The notes beneath the pieces are model-generated. The model searched no databases, was not told where the DNA came from, and was given only the letters and a program-made list of their open reading frames with translations. Below, piece after piece: positions 8,524 to 19,276 of a stretch of 64,000 nt of DNA. The position numbers and the translations under genes are program-made. Origin of the DNA: a virus (Duplodnaviria > Caudoviricetes); the IMG/VR virus record IMGVR_UViG_2595698524_000001, positions 32,001 through 96,000 of that record, one strand, 5' to 3'. Each line of letters begins with the position of its first letter. Position 1 is the first letter of the stretch.

Positions 8524-10326
8524 TTACGCGGCTTCTTCGTCGATAGTGGTAACCACTTCTTCGTTAGCTGCGTTCATGCGTTTCAAGAATGCTTCTAACA
8601 CCACATCTTTATCTGGCATCAGGAACAACTCGTTCGCAATTTCCATGGCGTTGACACGGCCGGCGGTCAGGTTAACACCTGCACGACGACGAACTTCTTC
8701 ACTTACCCCTTCGATAGAAATCAATTCGATGATAGTGGTCTCACGAGACTGGTTTGCCATGTTCGTACAAGACGGGTATGCCTGTGTTAAGTCCGCATCC
8801 GCCGTTTGACCACGGAAGGCAGTCAACAGCGATGGTACTTCTTTAACCACATGCAGACCGTTCTCAGCGTTCATGTGTGCCGGCAGGGTAACAATCCAGC
8901 CATCTGTCCCGATAACCTCTTCATCAAAGTCATTCTTAATCGCATTACCCACTGAACCGATAACCAGACCCTGCTCCCAGAGGAAGTAGGTGAACTCGTT
9001 ACAGATACGTTTAGGTAATGACGGGAAGATATCGTACATCGATACACCCGAAAGAATCGTAAGTGCTGAAGACAGGTCGTTCGTCTGTTCATCCAACAAC
9101 ACAATGAGCAAGTTATCCATTATGTTGTATGCGCAGTATTCGAGCGGGAAGTCTCTCTGCGCTTGTATGTGCCAGTCGACGTTGTCTTTATACTCGAGTC
9201 CCGGGATATCTAACTTACCCACCCCCACTTCGGTTTCCAGAATGGCGGAAAGTCGATAGGTCGGGCGGTTACCTTCGTGCGTACGGATTTTCTTAAACAG
9301 ACACATGGCATCTACAGCGTAGAAAGATGCCTGGCAGTACAACACGTGCCACTGGTCAGCAGGTGACTTGGTCAGTGTCTTCGATTCGGTTTTCTTCGAA
9401 GCCTGGTCGCGCTTATACCACACGTTGCGGTATTTGTGCGGCACATCCGGATGGCAGAAGACGTCTTCGTACGGAATACCTTCGGCGTCCAGCTCCTTCA
9501 TCATGATTGTTAAGTCGTAGTCGATGTTCCACGCTACCAGTAAGTCAGGCAACAGTCGGTGAACTTCATGGAACATGGCCACGATACATTGCGCAGGCGT
9601 TGCACAACGGTGAACGAACAGCTCGTACCCGTTTTCCTTAATCAGGTCGCGGTATTCGATTTGCCCTTTCGGGAGTTTCTTGCCCTTTTTATTTTTTGTG
9701 AACGGAACCCGACTTAACAGTTCAATCGTTTTCTTTTCAATGGCCTCATGACCGCCCTTAATACGGTCAAAGTATTCTGCATGCGCAAAGAAGTGAATCT
9801 CTTTGTCACAAACAAATGAGACCATCTCCATACGTTTCGAACCGTCGTCTTCTTTGGTTTCGACGTCGAATACGCAGGAGCGGTTAAGTGATTGTGCATT
9901 CGGATACTTCTCTTTGTACTTCTGTTTAATCCAACTGGTGACCGGTAAGTCTGCCCAATACACAAACGGGCTGCGACATGCCATTTTCAGCGACAGTTTT
10001 GGATTCGGGAAATTGTGCCCCAGCGCCATTTGAATGGTCTGTGACATCTTAACATCCGTCGTGTGGTACTCAACGCACTTCTCACGCAGTTCGAACTCTT
10101 TCTTTTCCTGATGGTTACGGAAAGAAGGTCCTTCGCGGGTAACAAAAATCGGTCGTTTTACGTTCTCACGCATTACCAGTCGCGGGATTTGACGCCCATC
10201 TTTAGTATGGACGACCTCCTTTATGACGACCAAGTCGTTTTGCTTTTCGGCATCGGTCGAGTAGGCGACGGACTTACATTCTTTGCCAACGACATCTTCG
10301 GGGTTAAAGTGTAAGTTGCTTACCAT
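8524..10326 (-). CDS. Split family B DNA polymerase subunit (3'-5' exonuclease plus motif A; phiKZ gp82/SPN3US gp44-like)
   Basis: ExoI VFDVET, ExoII AWNIDYD, ExoIII YNIMD, motif A DADLTQAYPS; no motif C. Confidence 0.85.
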   Translation of the reverse strand: MVSNLHFNPEDVVGKECKSVAYSTDAEKQNDLVVIKEVVHTKDGRQIPRLVMRENVKRPIFVTREGPSFRNHQEKKEFELREKCVEYHTTDVKMSQTIQMALGHNFPNPKLSLKMACRSPFVYWADLPVTSWIKQKYKEKYPNAQSLNRSCVFDVETKEDDGSKRMEMVSFVCDKEIHFFAHAEYFDRIKGGHEAIEKKTIELLSRVPFTKNKKGKKLPKGQIEYRDLIKENGYELFVHRCATPAQCIVAMFHEVHRLLPDLLVAWNIDYDLTIMMKELDAEGIPYEDVFCHPDVPHKYRNVWYKRDQASKKTESKTLTKSPADQWHVLYCQASFYAVDAMCLFKKIRTHEGNRPTYRLSAILETEVGVGKLDIPGLEYKDNVDWHIQAQRDFPLEYCAYNIMDNLLIVLLDEQTNDLSSALTILSGVSMYDIFPSLPKRICNEFTYFLWEQGLVIGSVGNAIKNDFDEEVIGTDGWIVTLPAHMNAENGLHVVKEVPSLLTAFRGQTADADLTQAYPSCTNMANQSRETTIIELISIEGVSEEVRRRAGVNLTAGRVNAMEIANELFLMPDKDVVLEAFLKRMNAANEEVVTTIDEEAA

Positions 10327-10370
10327 AGCGGCCCTTCTTATTCGGTTGCTCGATTCTGGATTCTTAGGTA

Positions 10371-10400
10371 TCTATACTAGAGCATTCAATTGTAAAAAAT
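10371..10400 (-). promoter_or_regulatory. Putative middle promoter for DNA polymerase
   Basis: Minus strand TTTTTTACA-N14-TATAG, same spacing as at 29856 and 52952. Confidence 0.6.
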
Positions 10401-10413
10401 TCTGAGGACTCCC

Positions 10414-11754
10414 ATGGGACACTGGTTAAACCTTGCTGCACGTCTCGCGAACGGACAGCATGTAGCTACGGAATCTATCCGATTCCAAAACCGCGACAAA
10501 TTTGAGAAGGTCACTGCTGCCGTAGCCGAAATGCGTAAGACCGATTATAGCCGTACGGCGTATGAAACGTCGACCATTCCTGCGGTGATTAAGGAATGCT
10601 TCGGTATCACCGTGCGACTGTGCGATGCGTCGGAGCTGGGTCTGGCTGACCAACGTCTGGCTGCCGTGCACCCGCCTGAACTCGACAAGAACCACCCGTT
10701 GGTTCCTGAGTTCCAACGCATTACCTACAAAGGTAACAACGATTTAGGGATTTACAGCAAGTTCGCGAAAGACGGTGTTATCATCGGCGAAGTGAACGAC
10801 CTCGAAGCAACCGTGGGTGGCGATTACAGCAAAGTTATTTGTCAGCTGTACGTCACCCCTGCGCTTTTTGCTGACGAATCTTTCACAGATGAAGAGCTCG
10901 GGGCCATCATTCTGCACGAAGTGGGTCACATCTACACCTACTTCAAACTCATTGGTCGTACGCTGCTGACGAACATGATTGCGGACGCTGCTGCCAACCG
11001 TCTGATGAAAATCGAAGACCCGAAAGAGAAAATGAAGGTTGTGGCTGACGTTGAGAAACTCCTCAACACCAAAATTGCCCAGCCGGAAACTCTGCTGGAA
11101 GAGTACCGCAAAGAGCCTCTGTATCTGCACTTGGTGACCGAGCTGTCACAAACGCGTGTCAATGCGGTGGCGTCTAACGGTTACGTCAACCGTAACTGGG
11201 AACGTCTGGCCGATGACTTTGCCGCCCGTTGTGGTGCCGCTCAGCATCTGGCAACCGGTCTGTACAAACTCGAAACGTCGCCAATGTATCTGGCACGCAA
11301 CAATTCGTTTGTAGACTATGGTACCCACATCGTTGTACAGGCTGCCATCCTGAGCTTTTATATTTACAATGCTGTGTACATGCCGTTCATCACCGCGGGC
11401 TGCTTTATCTTCGGGCTGATTATCACCGACCCGCAGGATTACATCTACGATCAGCCGCATGAGCGTTTCGCCACCATGCGCCGTACGATGATTGAAGAAC
11501 TGCGTATTTACGAAGGTGTAAACAGTAAAGAAGCCAACGAGTACCGCAAGCGTGTATTGCGCGAAATCGCTGTGGTTGATGACCTGTTGTCTCAGGTAAA
11601 CGATAAGTCGAACATCTTCAAACTGTTCCACGATTACCTGACCCCGTCAGGCCGTCGTGAGAAGAAGGCCATCGACTTCCAGCAGGACATTGAGAAATTC
11701 TTGACGTCCGATTTGGCCGTGGCTTCCGCTCGACTGAGCGCCGGGGCGAAATAA
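10414..11754 (+). CDS. Head protein with HExxH zinc-metallopeptidase-like motif (SPN3US gp45 position)
   Basis: N-terminal ATES site; IILHEVGH and ERLADDFA; hydrophobic segment about aa 305-338. Confidence 0.7.
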   Translation: MGHWLNLAARLANGQHVATESIRFQNRDKFEKVTAAVAEMRKTDYSRTAYETSTIPAVIKECFGITVRLCDASELGLADQRLAAVHPPELDKNHPLVPEFQRITYKGNNDLGIYSKFAKDGVIIGEVNDLEATVGGDYSKVICQLYVTPALFADESFTDEELGAIILHEVGHIYTYFKLIGRTLLTNMIADAAANRLMKIEDPKEKMKVVADVEKLLNTKIAQPETLLEEYRKEPLYLHLVTELSQTRVNAVASNGYVNRNWERLADDFAARCGAAQHLATGLYKLETSPMYLARNNSFVDYGTHIVVQAAILSFYIYNAVYMPFITAGCFIFGLIITDPQDYIYDQPHERFATMRRTMIEELRIYEGVNSKEANEYRKRVLREIAVVDDLLSQVNDKSNIFKLFHDYLTPSGRREKKAIDFQQDIEKFLTSDLAVASARLSAGAK

Positions 11755-11772
11755 CTTTAACGAGGAACTATC

Positions 11773-12213
11773 ATGACACACAAAGTTACCATGGGTGCGT
11801 TGATTTATGATTTCAAACGCAAGAATGAAGGTAAAGGCGTTCAGGCTACACAGGCGCTGACCACACTTGTTGCAATCACGCTGGCCTATAATGCCCCGCT
11901 GCCGAATAACGGCCCGACCGGTGGTCAGGAAGCCGCTCGTACAACCCTGCGCCCGTACATCACTGATATCGCTTCGCGTATCAACGAAATCATGCACATT
12001 GATTTCACCTCCATTGACTCGCTGTCGATTGCGCTGTACTGCAACCGCTACGAGCAAGCGTGGAACCCGCGTGGCGCTATCGACGCGTTCTCTATCCAGC
12101 AGATTGTCCACGAAGGCATCGGGTCGGACATCTGGGAAACCGTGAAACTGTGGCTGGACCGCTTTATGGACGCCATCAGCTTCTATCAGTTGGAACAACG
12201 CGAAGAGGGCTAA
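11773..12213 (+). CDS. Virion structural protein (SPN3US gp46 position)
   Basis: GAGG SD; in head-gene operon. Confidence 0.65.
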   Translation: MTHKVTMGALIYDFKRKNEGKGVQATQALTTLVAITLAYNAPLPNNGPTGGQEAARTTLRPYITDIASRINEIMHIDFTSIDSLSIALYCNRYEQAWNPRGAIDAFSIQQIVHEGIGSDIWETVKLWLDRFMDAISFYQLEQREEG

Positions 12214-12216
12214 GCC

Positions 12217-13917
12217 ATGACCGGAACTACTGGTTTAGTTTCTAACCCTCGCTACCGTTTAGGCGAACTGGGCGAACTGGCTCGCCAGCAAGCGCAGATT
12301 GATGTCAACTCCACGCAGGAAGTCGTTGACTTTCTGAAGAAGACTGACCTCGTTGCTAACCACAATCTGAAAGTGCTGGAAGCACTGGAAGACGTGATTG
12401 CAGAGATTCGCAATTACGGGATGAACACAGACACGTTCATCGCAGTCGAATCTATCCGCCCGGGGACTATCCCTCAGGCGGTACGCAATGTGCTGACCAG
12501 CAACTACTCTCGCACCCATCGTGAAGAAACGGTGGTTGCACTGGAGTCGTACGCACAGGTTGGTAAATACGGCATCCTGCTTCTGCTCGTGGGCGCGGTT
12601 ATCAAAATTCTGTCGTGGATTGTCGGTAACGCTTCTGCGGCTGCCGGTGGTGCAGGTTCAGAAGGTGATGACTATAAGTCCGATGCTGACGGTCGTGTTG
12701 AAGGGGCAGAGCTGGGTGATAACTCGATTCTTGAGTCCCTGAAGTCCAGTTCGGTACGTGATGCTTACGTTACCGTGTTCCCGCAGGCGAAGGATGACAA
12801 GTCGAAGAAAGCGCTGAACGATGTGGCGGCGATTCTTGATGCTCGTGTGCAAGAAGCACAGGGCGAGAATTACTTCAACGACTTGTCTGCAGCGGCCATG
12901 GGCGGTAAGTCATTCTTCGGACCTATCCTCAAGAAAGCGGCCGATGGTGATATCAGTCAACGTGAAGCAACGCTCGAACTGATTACCCAAATCGTGGCAA
13001 CCGGTGCACCGTCTGCTATCTTCAATGACCGTGCCGCACAAAGTGCGTGGGCTGTTCTGCCGAAAGGGGCTAAAGAGTGCGGGGTGCGTTATGCAACTGG
13101 CTCTCTGTTCAAGCGTTATGCGAATAACCTGAACAACTTGAACGGTGATGCGGATAAGCTCACGAAGACTATTGAGAAGGTGGTGTCTAACCTGCTGTCT
13201 AATGCAGCTTCCGACGAACGTGAGGCCGCAAACCTCGCGCTGGACTTCGTACAAGAAGTCTCCACTATCTCAGCGGTGGTCTTCTCCATGCTGGAACGCG
13301 ATGGCAGTGGTAACCCAACGATGTCGACTGAATTGTCGTCTGTTGGCTTCCGTATCAAACCGGACTTCGCTAAGAAGTTGATTGGTTATACCGAAGCGAC
13401 GGGTACCACCGGGTCGTATGAGTTCCGTTACGTGACGTCCTCAGCGTTCATGTGCACAGAACTGTTGACTGACCTTGTGAAGGATTCCGGTATCTCCGAT
13501 ACTGACCATCCGGCACTGTTGCGCTCACTGGTCATGCTCGGCCCAAGCGAGCTGGAATCGAACCCACGTACCGATATTGAGAAATACTCGGCACTGCAGA
13601 AACGTTTCCAGTCGCTGTACGATCAAATCGACACGCTCGGTAAGAAGTTTACCAAAGCGAGTAAGAACCCGCCGCTGTTTACTAAGTTTGAAGAAAACAT
13701 CTTTGACATGATTTCTAAGAACAAGCAGACCGCGGCCATCGGTAAAGACACGGGTCTGTACGAAGTGGGTGCAGCCAGTGACGAACCGGGTTCGAGCTTC
13801 TTCAAGGGTACCAAGGCAGTCTTGGCAGTGTGCCGTGACTTTGCCAAGGTAGGCGGGGCGTTAACGAAGGTTGTTGACCGCCACAACAAATGCCCGTGGA
13901 CGAAGATGAAAAAATAA
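12217..13917 (+). CDS. Processed head/ejection protein (SPN3US gp47 position)
   Basis: AVES and ALES sites followed by hydrophobic YGILLLLVGAVIKILSWIVG. Confidence 0.7.
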   Translation: MTGTTGLVSNPRYRLGELGELARQQAQIDVNSTQEVVDFLKKTDLVANHNLKVLEALEDVIAEIRNYGMNTDTFIAVESIRPGTIPQAVRNVLTSNYSRTHREETVVALESYAQVGKYGILLLLVGAVIKILSWIVGNASAAAGGAGSEGDDYKSDADGRVEGAELGDNSILESLKSSSVRDAYVTVFPQAKDDKSKKALNDVAAILDARVQEAQGENYFNDLSAAAMGGKSFFGPILKKAADGDISQREATLELITQIVATGAPSAIFNDRAAQSAWAVLPKGAKECGVRYATGSLFKRYANNLNNLNGDADKLTKTIEKVVSNLLSNAASDEREAANLALDFVQEVSTISAVVFSMLERDGSGNPTMSTELSSVGFRIKPDFAKKLIGYTEATGTTGSYEFRYVTSSAFMCTELLTDLVKDSGISDTDHPALLRSLVMLGPSELESNPRTDIEKYSALQKRFQSLYDQIDTLGKKFTKASKNPPLFTKFEENIFDMISKNKQTAAIGKDTGLYEVGAASDEPGSSFFKGTKAVLAVCRDFAKVGGALTKVVDRHNKCPWTKMKK

Positions 13918-13924
13918 AGTAAGG

Positions 13925-13945
13925 CCCTACCCCATCGGGGTAGGG
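13925..13945. terminator. Bidirectional terminator
   Basis: CCCTACCCC-ATC-GGGGTAGGG between convergent genes, A-rich before and T-rich after. Confidence 0.75.
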
Positions 13946-13951
13946 TACCTT

Positions 13952-16876
13952 TTATTTTGTTTGGTCGTGACGGTTGTAGCTCAGCACCACATCGTCCTTC
14001 AGACCGATACTGCCATCCGGTTCGATTTCCAGTTTCTTACCAAGCGTCGCACGTGCAGCAGGACTGAGTACCGTAAAGATACGCATGTCTTTGTCCACAC
14101 CCATCCCTTCCATCTCCGCAGAGATAATCGAACCTTGCAGCGCGGTTTTCAATGCTTCGGTGATGTCGGAGGTGGATACCGTTTGGTTCGATGCCAGCCA
14201 GTCGGTAATCACCAGACGGGTTTGCTCGCGGATTGCCTTAATCAGGTCAGAGTTCTGACGGTTAGACGCGGTCAGGTAGTAGTTAATGCTGAAGCGATTC
14301 TCGGCTTTAATCGGTGCCACAGTACCGTCGCCCAGACGAGCGTCGATATAACCCATGGTCGTTTGCGGCACGAAGTACCCGGTGGTACGTTCAAGCAGCT
14401 CGCTTTGAATCTTCGGCAATACTTCCGTCACGGTCTCAACGACAAAGTCTGTTACCTTATCGCGGTACGCCCGCACCTCTTTCGTGGTGGAGAACAGGTA
14501 ACGTGCGTCAAACACACCCATCTCACAGCGGAAGCGAACTTTACGCGGCTCAGCAATGATGGAGTTCCCTTGCGGGTCTTTCACCAGTTCGCCGGCTTTG
14601 TATTTCACTTTCTGTTTACCAGTCAGCTCGTCAATAACCGGGTCACCTTTACGGTGTAGGTATTGGAAGACAATCGGCGGGTCTTGTGTTTCGTCGATGG
14701 TGTATTTCGGCACACCACGCTCGTTACGGTCATAGACATCGTACTCCCATGTCGCCAGCACGTCTTGCGTGTAACGCAGGTAGTTAATCGAGTCAGTGAC
14801 TGGACGAGACTTACACCAGTACGCAGACAGGGATTTACCCAGTACCAGCTCCAGCGATTCATGGGTAATACCAATCGCGTCACGAGAAGGCGGGGTAATG
14901 TAAGTGTCCAGCGTTGCGCGTTCGTAATCCCGCGGGAAGTAGTTCGAGCAACCGTAGAACACGCTCATATCCACCGTCAGTGCCATCGGTAGCATTAACG
15001 TGTTTTCACCGACGTTGAAATTAGTCATAATCATTTCGTGATTACGGTCAACGTCAAGGTTGGTTTTCAGTTCAAACTCGAACACACGCTCATCATCTAA
15101 GTAACCGACCAGTTTACCGTTGACATACGCACGGTCTGTCCCGTACCCACGCGGGGTAAAGGAAATCTGTGCCCAGCACTGGTCATCCGCTAACGCTTTG
15201 TACGCTTCTGAGGAACGAGTCACCACACGCAGTTTGTACCCTTCTTCCGTACGCACCACCTCGTAGTTCTCGGTTACCACCTGCAGTTCCGTTGTCGGGT
15301 TGGTCGACATAAAGCGCTTCGACTCAATCGCTGGTTTTGCCAGATGGTAAACACGGACACTTAACGCGTCGTTGTTTCGGTCAACCACGTAATGGAACGG
15401 CGTGTAGTAGTAACTCGCTGCGTTAGCTGCGGCCACCAAATCACGGCTGGTCATAAAACGCTGACCTTCCGTCATCGCAGGGTCAACATACAACCCGGTA
15501 CCGTCTGACTTATAAATAGTCTCCGGCAGGATGGTTGCGCGGTTACCATTGAATCGCACTGTCGAAAGGGCTTCCAGCTCTTCCCACGTAAAGTACAGTG
15601 GGGCTGCTAACGTACCAATCGGCGAACTGACTTCTTTCAGTGTGGACTCCGGCATCGGCGATGACAAGTGATACGTCCGCGAGGTAACGTAGTCAATTGG
15701 CTTGGTCAGGCTGAGACCGTACATCGTGTCGACAGTTGAACGCAGTTGTGCTTCACTGATAGGGGCCTTACGCGCACCAATCGAGTTATCGATAACGCGA
15801 GCACGGAACTCTTCCAGCGTCAACGGGTTACGCCCACCGACAGTCGTCGCCTGTGAAATCACACGACGCACTGAGAGCGATTTAAACGGGTTGGAGTAGT
15901 TCTCGTCCGTCTCTTCGTTCAAGTCCGCCATGTACATCTGGAAGTCGTCAGCAGGATAGTTGCTGAGGTCAATCGACAACGGCCCCAATGTGGTATACAC
16001 GTCAATGCGCACATCGCCGGTCACTTGCCCACTATTGATGTACACTTCTGGAATCTTCACCGAGAGGACATTCGACCCCAGTTCCATGACCGCGGTAGGA
16101 ACAGATGGGTCATAGACTTCTTTCGAGAAAGTCTGTGCCAGCTCTTTCCATTTATTCCCGGTTGCGGTGTTACGCATCCACGCACGAGCATAGAAGAACT
16201 TGTTGTTGAACGGGAAGGTACGCTTCCAGCCGGTGTCCGGCAAAATCACATCGGTCGCAGTCGAGATAGCATACTGCATCATCGGGATTTTGATACGCAG
16301 CAAGTTGACACCGCTGTCGGCCGTCGTGACCATCCAGTCCAAGGCGTTGGTGTCAACCTCTTTTACTGGGTTGGCCGGTTCTGTGACCCACAGCACTTCG
16401 AAAGAGTCAAACGGCAGCACCTGAATCTCGATAGCGTACTGTAATGTGAACGTGTAGCCCGCCACTTTAACGTACGAGTCACGAGGAATAATGATACGAC
16501 GAATCCCTTGTGTCTCCAGCGGCATCGCACGGGTACGTAAGGAGTCAACGTCCACGTAAAGTAGCATGTGCGTGGTAGAAGGCTGGGCAAAGATGTCCAC
16601 AGCATCGCGGTCGGACATGTGGCGGTACAAGTCTTCCCACGACGTTGCCATCGATGCGTACATCTTCGGCAGTAACTGACGCATACCTTCAATCGTCGAG
16701 TGGCTCAGCATCACACCCATCTCGGCAATGAATGCAACCGGGTCAGTTGGGTCGGCCAACGTCATTCCCGGTTTAGCAACGGCCTGACGCAGGGTGTTCA
16801 GCGACAACGTTTGCATTAAAGCGGGGTTGTGTGCCACGGTGAGCACTTTACCAGAGAGGTCCTGAATTGTTTCCAT
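13952..16876 (-). CDS. Large virion structural protein, probable baseplate wedge (phiKZ gp87/SPN3US gp48 position)
   Basis: 974 aa from ATG 16876 (TAATG coupling); GGRNPLTLEEFRAR resembles baseplate J/gp6 motif. Confidence 0.7.
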   Translation of the reverse strand: METIQDLSGKVLTVAHNPALMQTLSLNTLRQAVAKPGMTLADPTDPVAFIAEMGVMLSHSTIEGMRQLLPKMYASMATSWEDLYRHMSDRDAVDIFAQPSTTHMLLYVDVDSLRTRAMPLETQGIRRIIIPRDSYVKVAGYTFTLQYAIEIQVLPFDSFEVLWVTEPANPVKEVDTNALDWMVTTADSGVNLLRIKIPMMQYAISTATDVILPDTGWKRTFPFNNKFFYARAWMRNTATGNKWKELAQTFSKEVYDPSVPTAVMELGSNVLSVKIPEVYINSGQVTGDVRIDVYTTLGPLSIDLSNYPADDFQMYMADLNEETDENYSNPFKSLSVRRVISQATTVGGRNPLTLEEFRARVIDNSIGARKAPISEAQLRSTVDTMYGLSLTKPIDYVTSRTYHLSSPMPESTLKEVSSPIGTLAAPLYFTWEELEALSTVRFNGNRATILPETIYKSDGTGLYVDPAMTEGQRFMTSRDLVAAANAASYYYTPFHYVVDRNNDALSVRVYHLAKPAIESKRFMSTNPTTELQVVTENYEVVRTEEGYKLRVVTRSSEAYKALADDQCWAQISFTPRGYGTDRAYVNGKLVGYLDDERVFEFELKTNLDVDRNHEMIMTNFNVGENTLMLPMALTVDMSVFYGCSNYFPRDYERATLDTYITPPSRDAIGITHESLELVLGKSLSAYWCKSRPVTDSINYLRYTQDVLATWEYDVYDRNERGVPKYTIDETQDPPIVFQYLHRKGDPVIDELTGKQKVKYKAGELVKDPQGNSIIAEPRKVRFRCEMGVFDARYLFSTTKEVRAYRDKVTDFVVETVTEVLPKIQSELLERTTGYFVPQTTMGYIDARLGDGTVAPIKAENRFSINYYLTASNRQNSDLIKAIREQTRLVITDWLASNQTVSTSDITEALKTALQGSIISAEMEGMGVDKDMRIFTVLSPAARATLGKKLEIEPDGSIGLKDDVVLSYNRHDQTK

Positions 16877-18096
16877 TATAAAAGTCCTGCTTGTTTCAGC
16901 ACGTACTCGTAATCGGTCTGATAGACCCACCACGACAGTTGCCGACGGATGGTATCGATGTGCGGATAGCCGTAGTAGTTGAACAGCGGCAGTTCATGAA
17001 CTTCGAGTTTGCGAAGGAAGCTCGCCCCGATAGGCATAAACTCATCGTAGTTCGGGTCCGGAATCATATCCGGGTTAAAGATGGCGACCGTACGGTTGAA
17101 CATGTCCATGTAAAGCGGGTCATCGTAACGTGCCCCAATCATCTGCCATTGAATGGTGATGGTCACATCGTCGTTAAGCTGTGGCTTGGTGTTGTCGACA
17201 CTGGCCATGGCCCCGGCGTTGTTATTGGTCGGCCACATGATGCAGCCACACGTAAAGCGCTGGATGTTACCGAGAGAATCGTAGTTGATGGTGTAGATAC
17301 GAGACTGGTAATCGATACGGCGCTGAATGGAGTTAATGATACGTGGCTTAAACTTGCCTTTACGTACCCCCGCCATATACTCGAGCCATACCGTCATCAT
17401 TTTCATAATCGGGTTACCGACCATGTTGTTGAAAGTAGTCGAGCCACTGTAGGCGTAGTTCACTTCCCACGTCGAATCGACAATACCCCACTGCTCACGT
17501 TCAATACCTTCGTTCGATAACCAGCTGTCAACCGAGTTGTCTGGCGGGCCTGAGAAACTCACCAGCGAGGAGCTGAGTAATGGTATGAAGGCCTGCAAGT
17601 TGTCAAACGGCACTTCCGGGCGAAACGGTTTACCCAAAGCGGGTTCATCGCTGGCAGCAAAGCCAAATGGGAACAAGGGGTCAAGGGCCGCAAGGATAGA
17701 GTAATCCAGCGACGCGGTGTCCTGCGCACACATATTCGCAAACCGTCGGGATTGCGAGATATTGTTGTAATCGAGGTTTAAATCGGGCCTTACGATAAAC
17801 GACACCCCGCCGTATTCGCGGTTCACGGGAACTGGGTTGTTCGCCATCCTATGGTTGAACCCCATTAAGGGGTTAGTGAGCCTTTGAGCCGCTAAGCCCA
17901 TACCCTTTGACAACCCGATACGGTTTTTCCACGTGGTCAATTCATCGTTGAGATTGTACGGAGTTACCGGGTTAGTGGTAGACGTACGACTGTCTAAGTA
18001 ACTCGCGAGAGATGGGATTTCCGCCCCTTCACCGGTGGCGTCGGATGTTTCTTTTCTTAACGCTTCAATCTCTGCCTGTTGTTTATAATCGGCCAT
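16876..18096 (-). CDS. Virion structural protein, probably baseplate or tube-fold
   Basis: 406 aa, translationally coupled to the wedge gene. Confidence 0.6.
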   Translation of the reverse strand: MADYKQQAEIEALRKETSDATGEGAEIPSLASYLDSRTSTTNPVTPYNLNDELTTWKNRIGLSKGMGLAAQRLTNPLMGFNHRMANNPVPVNREYGGVSFIVRPDLNLDYNNISQSRRFANMCAQDTASLDYSILAALDPLFPFGFAASDEPALGKPFRPEVPFDNLQAFIPLLSSSLVSFSGPPDNSVDSWLSNEGIEREQWGIVDSTWEVNYAYSGSTTFNNMVGNPIMKMMTVWLEYMAGVRKGKFKPRIINSIQRRIDYQSRIYTINYDSLGNIQRFTCGCIMWPTNNNAGAMASVDNTKPQLNDDVTITIQWQMIGARYDDPLYMDMFNRTVAIFNPDMIPDPNYDEFMPIGASFLRKLEVHELPLFNYYGYPHIDTIRRQLSWWVYQTDYEYVLKQAGLL

Positions 18097-18117
18097 TTTT
18101 CAACTCCGGAGTTAAAA

Positions 18118-19266
18118 ATGAAAAAAGATGTTGAGACAACTCTTGTCTCTTTCTTAACTAAGTTCCCTGATTTTATCAGGCAGCGCCATGATAGCCTCGA
18201 AGAGTTCAATGCGCAGCTGTATAACGAATATCTGACCATGGTCGAACAGTCGTTGTCCTCGCTGGACTATCTGCCGGGCATTCTGGACTCTATCCAAACC
18301 TTGCTGGCAGCCAACCAATTGACGGCGATATCGCTGTTGGTCGGTGTACCTGATGTGGACATCGTGGGGACGCTGGATAAGATTTCTACTAAGCGCTCAC
18401 CGCTTGACGCGGCCGCACGTACCGGTTCACGCTTAGGTGCAGCGTTCGCTGCTGGTGAATCGACCCGTCTGGGACTGCCGTCATACGATAAACTCATCCC
18501 TGCGGTTGAGTCTACTCGTCCGGGACGTCGCGTTGCTCGTGAATCTACCGAGAACGTAGAAGACATCCTGCTGAACGGCGACAAGACCGCCAACGCGGGT
18601 TACGGCAAAGACACGCTGAAACAGATTAACGACATGGACAAATTGTCCACCGGTAAGATGTTCTCCTGTGTGTTCGAGCGCGACGGTAACAAAGCTGAGC
18701 TGATGCTCCGCCTGCGTCTGGCTGTTAAGTCTGCGCCGACGGCTGCTATGCGTACCTTCATCGCTTTCAGCGACCAAACCAAAACCTTCTCTGAGCGCTG
18801 GATTAAAGCCGGTGTGGGTCAGCTGGGTTATGCGAAGGATATCTTCTTCTCTAACGACCTGATTGACGAGTACCGTAAAAATCGCTACCGCGACAAGACC
18901 GGCTACTACAAGCAGCTCATGGAACGCCGCAACGGTAACTGGCTGTCTGGCCTGCTGAGCTTCTCCCCGTCTATCAACAACGCTTCGGCTGTGATGATTG
19001 TGTCTCGTGACACTCTCGATGGCCTGCAGGCTGAACTGGGCGGTGACTTCGACGATTACAACGTTCGTAAGCGCGTCTTTGAAGATACGCTGACCGTGTA
19101 CTTCGTGGTAGTCGATACCCAGTGGAACCGCGTGGTGATTTACACCCGTGGCATGGACGGCGCAATGGAGTTGGATAAGTCTGACTTCGCGAAATCCAGC
19201 AAGGGCGGTTCAAACGTGAACCAGATTATCGAAGCATATCGTTCTGGCGCACAGCCGGTACTGTAA
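18118..19266 (+). CDS. Head/inner-body protein (phiKZ gp89/SPN3US gp50 position)
   Basis: GGAG SD before ATG 18118; AGES, AVES, ARES sites. Confidence 0.7.
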   Translation: MKKDVETTLVSFLTKFPDFIRQRHDSLEEFNAQLYNEYLTMVEQSLSSLDYLPGILDSIQTLLAANQLTAISLLVGVPDVDIVGTLDKISTKRSPLDAAARTGSRLGAAFAAGESTRLGLPSYDKLIPAVESTRPGRRVARESTENVEDILLNGDKTANAGYGKDTLKQINDMDKLSTGKMFSCVFERDGNKAELMLRLRLAVKSAPTAAMRTFIAFSDQTKTFSERWIKAGVGQLGYAKDIFFSNDLIDEYRKNRYRDKTGYYKQLMERRNGNWLSGLLSFSPSINNASAVMIVSRDTLDGLQAELGGDFDDYNVRKRVFEDTLTVYFVVVDTQWNRVVIYTRGMDGAMELDKSDFAKSSKGGSNVNQIIEAYRSGAQPVL

Positions 19267-19276
19267 GGGCGGTGAA

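Noticed and set aside
8524-10326. Truncated DNA polymerase pseudogene
   Set aside because: Split family-B polymerase is established for phiKZ-like phages; ORF is intact with promoter and terminator.
10371-10396. TTTACA...TATAGA as host sigma70 promoter
   Set aside because: Spacer is consistently 14 nt, not 16-18; better explained as a phage RNAP promoter.
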